DNA of 10,375 nt from an uncultured Oligoflexus sp. (GCA_964236955.1 CAXSGP010000135.1:1-10375); one strand, 5' to 3'; shown: positions 1 through 6,934, counted from the first letter of the stretch. Notes: a model not told the origin generated them from the sequence alone. A program made the numbers and translations.

Positions 1-370
1 GGGTATGGAGTAAGTCATTTTGTATAGACGATGCCCCTTTTGTTTTTGAACTTCACTTTGGAATCTTGACCAGCCATTTGCTCACTGGTTCTTACGGCAA
101 CGGGTGCGAGCGGCGTTCAGGCGGCGGGCCGGTTTAGGATAGCCGCCCTACAGTGCCTGAAGGCTTTTGGATCGGCCGGACAATGGAAGGGCGACTCTCG
201 TGACGCTTAAGATCAAATCACCAACGGCCTAAATTTCTCGGGCTTTTTACGTCTCATCTGCAGCTGGACGCGAGGATGGATCGAATCAAAAAAATTGCTG
301 CGCAAGCGATGGGCGGAGGGTGCCGTCGCGTCTTGCCTGCCGCTGTCTAGCAAAAAACTCGGAAAAGCGC

Positions 371-398
371 TTGCCACCCAGGGAGTCCCTGGTATAAA
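371..398 (+). promoter_or_regulatory. Putative sigma70 promoter of the tRNA-Ser pair
   Basis: TTGCCA (371-376), 16-bp spacer, TG-N-TATAAA extended -10 (TG 390-391, TATAAA 393-398), 50 bp upstream of the first tRNA. A 16-bp spacer is typical of stable-RNA promoters. Confidence 0.65.
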
Positions 399-448
399 AA
401 CTCCGTTCAAGCTTCCTGTCTTAGGATTGAAGATCTTGAAACGCTCGT

Positions 449-535
449 GGAGGAATGGCAGAGCGGTTTAATGCGGCAGTCTTGAAAACTGTTGTGGGGG
501 CGACTCCACCGGGGGTTCGAATCCCTCTTCCTCCG
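449..535 (+). tRNA. tRNA-Ser (anticodon TGA)
   Basis: Acceptor GGAGGAA(449-455)/TTCCTCC(528-534), discriminator G535. D arm TGGCAGAGCGGTTTAATGC. Anticodon arm GCAGT-CT-TGA-AA-ACTGT (TGA 483-485). Long variable arm GTGGGG-GCGA-CTCCAC. T loop TTCGAAT. CCA not encoded. Confidence 0.97.
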
Positions 536-555
536 TATGGATTTTTAGATTTTGT

Positions 556-642
556 GGAGAGTTGGCAGAGTGGCCGAATGCACATCCTTGCTAAGGATGC
601 AACTGGGTAACTGGTTCGAGGGTTCGAATCCCTCACTCTCCG
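556..642 (+). tRNA. tRNA-Ser (anticodon GCT)
   Basis: Acceptor GGAGAGT(556-562)/ACTCTCC(635-641), discriminator G642. Anticodon arm CATCC-TT-GCT-AA-GGATG (GCT 590-592). Long variable arm AACTGG-GTAA-CTGGTT. T arm GAGGG-TTCGAAT-CCCTC. CCA not encoded; followed directly by T6 (643-648). Confidence 0.97.
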
Positions 643-698
643 TTTTTTCTTGTACGTGATTCTGTACTTGATCCAATTTCATCATTATTTCAGCCCCT

Positions 699-1088
699 TT
701 ATCGACGACTTTTCCAGTCATCGCGGCCAATGGCTTTGCATAGATTGTAGACGAAAAGCTGGCCTTCGCGCGTGGGCTTAAAACGTTGAAACGCCCAATC
801 CATAAAAGACTTCCAGGCTTTCTTCTCCGAAGACTTTAAAAAATATTGCCATTCACAAACGCCCGGTTTTTGAAGCGCTTCGGCTATCGTGTCCAGAATT
901 TGCACTTTCAGAGCTTTATAGCTGCCAAGATCAATCTGCCGGTCTTCTGTCGCGTGTTACAAAAGCGGAGGGCGATACGCTAGTAATGATCTAACGATTG
1001 GTTGACACGAAGCTTCATCATGAACTGTAAGAGATCCAAGACCGAAGTTAGCTCCTTGCGATTTTTCATCGACATAGATAACGCTCAA
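699..1088 (-). pseudogene. Interrupted gene, probable DUF3800 (RNase H-like) family remnant
   Basis: AGGAG (1099-1095) lies 6 nt before TTG (1088-1086). Manual translation: MSVIYVDEKSQGANFGLGSLTVHDEASCQPIVRSLLAYRPPLL*HATEDRQIDLGSYKALKVQILDTIAEALQKPG...; after one TAA (959-957) it continues in frame into track ORF 699..905. N-terminal hhYVDE plus F-x-LG-x-L and a later HATED resemble DUF3800 motifs (recognised by eye, not searched). Confidence 0.5.
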
Positions 1089-1244
1089 ATCTTGCTCCTA
1101 TGGTATTTGCCAAGGAATCTAAGACTTAAGCGCTGCATTCGCTCCTTCTGCGCCTTCTCAATCTCAAGGCGGCGATCCTAGATATCTGTCGTGGCAGGGG
1201 AGCTTGACGAGGATCCCTTGCCGACTCCCTGCCCTAACCACAAT

Positions 1245-1261
1245 AGCTCAGATGCTGAGCT
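1245..1261 (-). terminator. Short perfect hairpin just past the kinase stop codon (possible weak terminator or stabiliser)
   Basis: AGCTCAG-ATG-CTGAGCT, 5 nt after the stop at 1267. Only a poor U-tract (ATTGT) follows on the minus strand. Confidence 0.3.
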
Positions 1262-1266
1262 GCCGA

Positions 1267-4200
1267 TCAGGCCTTGGTTAAGTTGCGGCGAATGGCTTCA
1301 AACAGCACCTGGGGTTTTACCGGTTTAGACACATAATCGGACATGCCGCAGGCCAGGCATTTCTCCTCGTCCCCACGCATGGCGTTGGCGGTCATGGCAA
1401 TGATGGGAATCTGGCTGTTCGGCAAAGCCTTACTGCCCCGTATCGCGGTGGTTGCCTGATAGCCATCCATCTCCGGCATCTGACAATCCATCATAATCAG
1501 GTCATAGACCTTTGTCTCAAGGGCGGCCAAGACCTCGATGCCGTTGCCGACGATATCGACTTGAAAGCCAAGTTTTTCCAGCATTTTACGGGCAATAACC
1601 TGGTTGATCGCATTATCCTCGGCAACCAGGATGCGGGCCGGAAAGGCTTCCCGCAAATGGGGAAAGCTTTCGGGCTGCGCGAGGTCTTTGGTTTTGGCTA
1701 CGGCGCGGACGCGGATTTTAAACCAGAATATCGAACCCTGATCGATTTTACTTTCCGCTCCAATCTCTCCGCCCATCTGCTCAACAAGGCCCTTACAGAT
1801 GGAGAGACCAAGGCCGCTGCCGCCGTAGCGTCGTGCGGTTGAGGCATCGGCTTGGGTGAAGGGCAGAAAAAGGCGGGCCAGAGTCTCCGGCCCTATGCCT
1901 ATGCCCGAATCCATGACCTCGACTTTGATCGTAGCCTCGCTTTGGATTTGGCCCACAAGGCTAACACGAACCAGAATGAGTCCCTCTTTGGTAAATTTGA
2001 TAGCGTTGCTGATAAGATTCAAAACGATCTGCCGCAGGCGACGGCTGTCGCCTTCGACCCAGTGCGGCAGGTCCTGACTTAATTCCAGCCTGAACTTAAG
2101 ACCCTTATCGGCAATGATAAAATTCTGGGACTTTTCCACATCATAAAAAACTTCGCGAAAATCATAGGGCCGCGTTTCAAATTCAAGTTTGCCCGATTCG
2201 ATTTTGGAAAAATCAAGGATATCGTTGACAAGACTCAAAAGAATTTCGCCCGAGCGCTGGATGGCGGTCACATACCCCCGCTCCTCGCCGCCCTGCAAAA
2301 GATCGAGAAGCAGGCCAGCCATGCCGATGACCCCGTTAAGGGGCGTACGGATCTCGTGGCTCATATTGGCCAAAAATTCAGATTTCAATTTTGACGACTC
2401 GAGCGCGATCTGGGCACTGGTCGAGGCTTCAAGCATGCGGGTTTCGGCCTTTTTTCGTTGCGTGATATCGATCGACAGACCAATCACGCCACTGATGCGA
2501 CCCTCGGCGTCGAACTGAGGCGAGAATCTATTTTCAAGAGAAATGCCGCCGACCTGCGATTCGTCTTCGATCGTTTCGCCCCTTAAAGCCCGCTCGACAT
2601 TGCCGGCAATGTGGGGATTGCCCCGGTAGAGCTCAAGGATATTGGCGCCGATGCGCTGCTCGGTTGTGATTCCAAGTGCGCTTCGCACCTTGCCATCGTA
2701 GAAGGTGAAGATGCCCTGGTTATTGACGGCCCAAAGCAGGATGGGGGCGTGCTGAATCACCGAATCGGTGCGGGCCTTCATTTCGCTGATGGTTTGCTGA
2801 GCCTCCTTTTGATCATGAATATCGGTCGCCGAACCAATTTTGTGGCCATCCTTATGATCACCATTTGCAATCAAAAGGCTGCGACCCAGATGCCAGCGAT
2901 AAGTCCCGTCATGCTTTTTCACGCGATATTCAGCCTGAAAGCTGCGGCCTTCCCGGATGCAATCCTGCGCCTCCTTATGAAGCACAGGCAGATCGTCGGG
3001 ATGAATGACTTCGGCCCAGTTCATCTCACCTTTGTTGGCTTGCTTCAGACCGGTGTACCGATACCACTGGGGATTAAAATAAAGGATCCCGCCCTTGGCA
3101 TCCGACATCCAAACGATTTGGGGAAGAGTCTCGGCCAAAGTGCGAAAGAGGGCCTCTCGCGCCTCGATCTCGCGCCTTGCCCTCACCAGTTCGGTGACGT
3201 CAAAACAAAAAATGATCACTTCATGGACGCTTCCCTTCGAATCGTGAACGGGATCATAGACGAGGTTCATAAAACTTTCTTCCGGGACGCCGTTGCGGTC
3301 GGCCGTGCGGGATATCTCCTTGCCTTGGTAGGAAAGGCCCGTAGCGATGATATTTCGAATCTGCTCGAGATAGCGCCGGGACTCGGCACTTTGCGGCAGA
3401 TCAACGAGCGATGCGTTGAGAAGCTGTCGATGGCCATGGAGGGCACTATAGCTAGGATTGATCGAGGTGTAGACAAGGTCCTCGGCCCTTATCGTCGCGA
3501 TGGCAGCCGGAATTTGCTGCATGATGGCATTGAAGCGCTGCTGCTGCCGATAGCTGATCTCCCGCGCCTTTTCAAGGTCGGCCGTGCGTTCGCTCACCCG
3601 CGCCTCAAGCTGGTCGTGCGATTCTCTGAGTTCAACTTCGATCGCGATTCTTTTCGAGATGTCCTGGGCGACGCCAAGGATCTGGGTGATGCGGCCGTCG
3701 CGGGTCTTTTCGTAGATGGTTTCCCGTATGAGGAACGTACGCCAGATATTGGCCTTATCGAGGTAACGGCATTCAAAGGCCACCACGCCCTTGCGAGCTA
3801 ATTCATCAAAACGATCGCCATGGGTGGTGAGGAAAATTCTATCGTCGGCATGCACCCGTGACGAGATAAAGTCAGGGCCCAGGGCCAAGACTTCGGCTGG
3901 CGCGTAGCCAAGCAAGGCAGCCAGCGGGCGGTTTTCATAGAGAATGCGTCCGCTGTCGAGGTCTTTGACAAAAATTTGGTCGGGGGCCAGACTGCTAAGG
4001 GTTTTACTGAATTTAAGTTCTTCCTTTACCGCCGCTTCGGAGGCCCTGAGTCGATCGGCGATCGCCCTGCGTTCGCTGATATCGCGAATGATGCCAGTAA
4101 AATAAAGTTCGTCGTCTTTGTGATACTTCGACAGCGACATCTCGAGGGGAAATTCACTGCCATCCGCCCTCAGCCCGATGAGCTCGACGGTTGATCCCGC

Positions 4201-4485
4201 CATCCGCGAGACGCCGCTGTCCCTCACCCGCTGCATGCCGGCAAAATGATCGTTATGATAGCGCTTGGGTATGAGGAGGGAGAGCTTGCTGCCGATCGCT
4301 TGGGCTTTACAATAACCAAAGAGTTTTTCGGCCGCATGGTTCCACGACACAATCCTTCCGCTGGGATCGGAACTGATGATGGAGTCCTGAGACGATTCGA
4401 CCATGGCTTCAAATCGATCGGGATATGTTTCTTGCGCCATGCGGTTATGCTTGGGGGCCGCCGCCATACTTGCCTCGATATCCAA
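1267..4485 (-). CDS. Cytoplasmic multi-PAS hybrid sensor histidine kinase/response regulator (5 PAS-HisKA-HATPase_c-REC)
   Basis: H box EFLANMSHEIRTPLNGVIG; N box QIVLNLISNAIKFT; G1 DSGIGI; F box LFLPFTQAD; G2 GGSGLGL. Receiver ILVAEDN...DLIMMDCQMPEMDG...MTANA...SKP. Five PAS/PAC units ending DIS, DIS, DVT, DIH, DIT. No evident TM segment or Hpt. TTG start at 4485 has AAGGT upstream; nearby ATGs are alternative starts. Confidence 0.95.
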   Translation of the reverse strand: MDIEASMAAAPKHNRMAQETYPDRFEAMVESSQDSIISSDPSGRIVSWNHAAEKLFGYCKAQAIGSKLSLLIPKRYHNDHFAGMQRVRDSGVSRMAGSTVELIGLRADGSEFPLEMSLSKYHKDDELYFTGIIRDISERRAIADRLRASEAAVKEELKFSKTLSSLAPDQIFVKDLDSGRILYENRPLAALLGYAPAEVLALGPDFISSRVHADDRIFLTTHGDRFDELARKGVVAFECRYLDKANIWRTFLIRETIYEKTRDGRITQILGVAQDISKRIAIEVELRESHDQLEARVSERTADLEKAREISYRQQQRFNAIMQQIPAAIATIRAEDLVYTSINPSYSALHGHRQLLNASLVDLPQSAESRRYLEQIRNIIATGLSYQGKEISRTADRNGVPEESFMNLVYDPVHDSKGSVHEVIIFCFDVTELVRARREIEAREALFRTLAETLPQIVWMSDAKGGILYFNPQWYRYTGLKQANKGEMNWAEVIHPDDLPVLHKEAQDCIREGRSFQAEYRVKKHDGTYRWHLGRSLLIANGDHKDGHKIGSATDIHDQKEAQQTISEMKARTDSVIQHAPILLWAVNNQGIFTFYDGKVRSALGITTEQRIGANILELYRGNPHIAGNVERALRGETIEDESQVGGISLENRFSPQFDAEGRISGVIGLSIDITQRKKAETRMLEASTSAQIALESSKLKSEFLANMSHEIRTPLNGVIGMAGLLLDLLQGGEERGYVTAIQRSGEILLSLVNDILDFSKIESGKLEFETRPYDFREVFYDVEKSQNFIIADKGLKFRLELSQDLPHWVEGDSRRLRQIVLNLISNAIKFTKEGLILVRVSLVGQIQSEATIKVEVMDSGIGIGPETLARLFLPFTQADASTARRYGGSGLGLSICKGLVEQMGGEIGAESKIDQGSIFWFKIRVRAVAKTKDLAQPESFPHLREAFPARILVAEDNAINQVIARKMLEKLGFQVDIVGNGIEVLAALETKVYDLIMMDCQMPEMDGYQATTAIRGSKALPNSQIPIIAMTANAMRGDEEKCLACGMSDYVSKPVKPQVLFEAIRRNLTKA

Positions 4486-4822
4486 TAAGTAGACCTTACA
4501 GCTGGTAAGGATTTCGGCTTTTTTGGCGAAGGATTAAATTTTTTCTCCGCAAAGATTAAAAGGTTTTTTGTAATTAAAGAGTTACATCGATTTGATAGCT
4601 GTTTGGCAGCGCCTCCCCTCGCCGTTTCCCTGGGGCCGATGGGTCTTGCCTTCATGAACCCGGGGCTAAGTGCTGGGATAAAGGCCGAGAGGATGTCCGT
4701 GTCGAAGCCTTCGATTATCGCGTAAGAGATTTGGGCCAGCTCGGAGGAGGAAAGGATGAGGTTTGATCTCAAAATTTCGTCGCCGCTGCGCACCGATTTT
4801 TATGGTAAAAATGAGGCGAGAC

Positions 4823-5461
4823 ATGACGCAGAACAAACACCGCAATAAGCTGAGGTTGATCTTTTTTAAAAAGTGGGCGAGTCCAGTGGGCGAACTTTTC
4901 CTCTATGCTGATGAGAACAAACTTTTGGCGGTAAGCTTTATAAAGAATAGGGACGAGGTCGAACAAAGGCTGGGTTTGACGCAGGGATCGGATGCTTATT
5001 CCTCGGTCCTTGAACTTGCCCTTGAGCAGTTGCAGGAATATTTTGCCGGCCAGCGCCGCGACTTTGATGTGCCCCTGGAACTGTCGGGCACTCCTTTTCA
5101 AATGCGGGCCTGGACCTATCTTAGCTCGATCCCTATGGGACGCACGGTGAGCTACACCGAGCAGGCAAAAGAGATTCAAGCGGCTCATGCCGTCCGCGCG
5201 GTAGGTTCCGCTAATGCCAAAAATCCTTTGGCCATCTTTGTGCCTTGCCACCGGGTGCTCGGCTCGAATGGCAAAGTTTCAGGATATTCCGGTGGTACGG
5301 CCATCAAGAGGCAATTATTGGAGGGGGAAGGTTGGTCCTTTCCCAAGCTGCAGGAAAAACGAGCGCACGCAGGTGTCGCGGTGCCCTACATAGACTTTAA
5401 AAGCCGAATTGGCAGGCCATTGCGAAGCCTGCTTCACATTTTTGGATGGAAGGGCCTTTAA
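4823..5461 (+). CDS. ogt: Methylated-DNA--[protein]-cysteine S-methyltransferase (O6-methylguanine-DNA methyltransferase)
   Basis: Active-site PCHRV (5243-5257), GTPFQ..W..L..IP.G.T.SY, RAVGSANAKNP, GYSGG...K..LL..E, N-terminal SPVGEL. Start placed at ATG 4823 (GAGG 4813-4816, 6-nt spacer) rather than the track's TTG 4763. Confidence 0.95.
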   Translation: MTQNKHRNKLRLIFFKKWASPVGELFLYADENKLLAVSFIKNRDEVEQRLGLTQGSDAYSSVLELALEQLQEYFAGQRRDFDVPLELSGTPFQMRAWTYLSSIPMGRTVSYTEQAKEIQAAHAVRAVGSANAKNPLAIFVPCHRVLGSNGKVSGYSGGTAIKRQLLEGEGWSFPKLQEKRAHAGVAVPYIDFKSRIGRPLRSLLHIFGWKGL

Positions 5462-5543
5462 ATTCTGATATTTTTTGAGATCGATTGGATGCAGAAGGGC
5501 TTGACGCTAAGTTATGAATAAGACAAGTTTTTTTGCAGCTAGT

Positions 5544-5582
5544 AAAAAATTATCCACAGATTTTTCCAGAAACTGTGGATAA
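5544..5582 (-). terminator. Intrinsic terminator candidate for the minus-strand hypothetical gene pair
   Basis: Minus strand reads TTATCCACAG-TTTCTGGAAAAAT-CTGTGGATAA-TTTTTT: a 10-bp stem followed by U6, about 40 nt after the stop of 5622..6185. Confidence 0.55.
5550..5582. promoter_or_regulatory. Inverted pair of perfect DnaA boxes with a degenerate box between them
   Basis: TTATCCACA (5550-5558) and TGTGGATAA (5574-5582) are exact consensus DnaA boxes 15 bp apart. TTTTCCAGA (5562-5570) has one mismatch to TTWTNCACA. AT-rich intergenic context. Confidence 0.7.
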
Positions 5583-5621
5583 CGTCTTTAGAAAGATGAA
5601 TTCATTGTAAAAAGATAGGCT

Positions 5622-6185
5622 TTAATGAAAGACCCAAACATCCCGCGTGTTCCTAAGGCTTTCCTTCACATTGAGGGAAATGCTCAGCAAGGGATTTAAC
5701 CCTATGTTGGTCGTAAGGAGACAGATCTCCTCGGTTTTGAGCTTTGCCAAATCCGTGATCAGATCCCTTAGAATCTCCATCCGGTCCACGAGGCTTACGC
5801 CGGGGGGCGCGAGGTAAAGTCCGCTCTTTTTTTGGACCAAGGCCGCAAGTGTTTTAAGAACCAGGTCTTTGCCGGCCTTGGGATTGGCTGCAAATGCCTT
5901 TTGCGGCAGGAGAAAGAACTGCCGGTGGATCGCGTCGGTGTTGTCAGAGAGCATGAGTGGGCCATCTTCTGACAAACCGATATCGTTTAGGTACTGGAAG
6001 GAATCTTCGAGCTTTTGAATCTTTAAAAATTCCCTGCTGGTCCCCTTTCCGCCGCTCTTATAAAGCGCCACCCAAAAGGTGCAGGTCTGCGGATCGTTGG
6101 CCCGGCTTAAGACGATGCGTAGGCTGTTGTCGTTGCTTACAGGTACTTCCAGTATCGAGCTGGGCTCGGGCCTAGGGTTGTCCAC
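5622..6185 (-). CDS. Hypothetical protein, 187 aa (alpha/beta; possibly macro-domain-like)
   Basis: GTG start with GAGGGA 6 nt upstream, protein-like composition, same strand as and 65 bp downstream of the preceding CDS, followed by a terminator-like hairpin. No family motif recognised. Confidence 0.8.
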   Translation of the reverse strand: MDNPRPEPSSILEVPVSNDNSLRIVLSRANDPQTCTFWVALYKSGGKGTSREFLKIQKLEDSFQYLNDIGLSEDGPLMLSDNTDAIHRQFFLLPQKAFAANPKAGKDLVLKTLAALVQKKSGLYLAPPGVSLVDRMEILRDLITDLAKLKTEEICLLTTNIGLNPLLSISLNVKESLRNTRDVWVFH

Positions 6186-6250
6186 AAGGTATCCCTCTGA
6201 GTCGTTCAGCCTATTTTAAGCAATCCGATTGTTTTGGGATAGCTGCTTTT

Positions 6251-6934
6251 TCAGGCGTGACGGTGCATAGTGCTCTGATAGTGAGACCTAAGGCCTGAAA
6301 AAAGCGGCGCCGGGCGTGGGATCTCCGGCTTTGGCAGCGCTCGCAGGAACGCGAGCTGGGCTTCAAAGTCTTCGGGTTCCCATTGTGAAAAACGGTCGGG
6401 CATGGAATTTTTAGGATCATGGCCTTGGCACATGTAGGGCTCGACGGCCAGCCCATAAAAACCAAAATGCACGCTGATGTCCTCGGCCATTAGCAGTTCT
6501 CCTCGTTCTTCAAAATCTTCGCAGAAGATTCGATTCCACAAGTCTTCGGCGTCGATCTCCGGGCAGTAGCCTCCGAGAAACGTGAGCGCCCGAAGGCGCA
6601 TAGCTTCATGAAAGTATTCGTAAAGGTTTTTTTCCATTGTTTCACAGGAGTCCCGGTGGCCAGAAAGTAGAGTAGCATACTGATGTCCATTGTTGGCGTG
6701 AATGAAATCGCGATAGCTGCGAGCTTTTTCTCGGAGAAGAAAGTCGGTGCGTTGAGGGTAATTCGAGAGATCGTAACCAAAGTTGACAAGCTCCGTTTGA
6801 TAGTAGGGACGGTTGCGCCATTCCTTGATGACCCACTCATAAAAAATGGGCAAAAATCCTTGGCCGTTTTCTGGGGCCGAAAAATCATGGAGATCATTAC
6901 GTACGGCTTCAAGAATCTTAAGGTTAAACGACAC
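6251..6934 (-). CDS. Hypothetical protein, about 227 aa (acidic, aromatic-rich)
   Basis: Track ORF 6251..6967. A perfect AGGAGG (6947-6942) 7 nt before the in-frame GTG at 6934 indicates the true start. No family motif recognised. Confidence 0.8.
   Translation of the reverse strand: MSFNLKILEAVRNDLHDFSAPENGQGFLPIFYEWVIKEWRNRPYYQTELVNFGYDLSNYPQRTDFLLREKARSYRDFIHANNGHQYATLLSGHRDSCETMEKNLYEYFHEAMRLRALTFLGGYCPEIDAEDLWNRIFCEDFEERGELLMAEDISVHFGFYGLAVEPYMCQGHDPKNSMPDRFSQWEPEDFEAQLAFLRALPKPEIPRPAPLFSGLRSHYQSTMHRHA

Noticed and set aside
15..77. 20-aa minus-strand ORF (MAGQDSKVKFKNKRGIVYTK) overlapping a possible downstream ATG via ATGA
   Set aside because: Too short, no convincing RBS, and the putative downstream gene has only 6 codons inside the window.
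514..642. GGTTCGAATCCCTC repeat as an attL/attR duplication of an integrated island
   Set aside because: Both copies (514-527, 621-634) are T arms of complete tRNAs. No further copy of either tRNA 3' end and no integrase was seen in the window.
421..730. Minus-strand ORFs 421..636 and 545..730 as independent genes
   Set aside because: They overlap the tRNAs in antisense, and the RDSNP and EGFEP peptides are standard tRNA-shadow translations. Only 643-730 is kept, as a possible pseudogene tail.
957..959. Programmed stop-codon read-through or recoding of the internal TAA
   Set aside because: TAA is used as a normal stop by ogt, uxs and the 187-aa gene; both tRNAs have sense anticodons; the gene shows other signs of decay.
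2132..2140. TTTTCCACA DnaA-box match inside the kinase
   Set aside because: Isolated match within coding sequence (D-V-E-K-S codons on the minus strand); compatible with chance.
2611..3801. 396-aa plus-strand ORF and other antisense ORFs over the kinase
   Set aside because: Lies entirely antisense and codon-aligned to a well-supported gene, with no recognisable motifs; a typical shadow ORF.
4224..4793. 189-aa minus-strand ORF upstream of and overlapping the kinase
   Set aside because: Overlaps the kinase out of frame by about 260 nt, crosses an AT-rich promoter-like tract and has no clear RBS. The first ~55 codons could be a gene relic, but no family is recognisable.
5462..5621. Replication origin (oriC) at the DnaA boxes
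   Set aside because: Only two perfect boxes and no dnaA, dnaN or gidA in the window. By eye, wobble bias has the same polarity on both sides (minus genes C-ending, plus genes G/T-ending), so no skew switch is apparent. A cumulative GC-skew plot would settle it.
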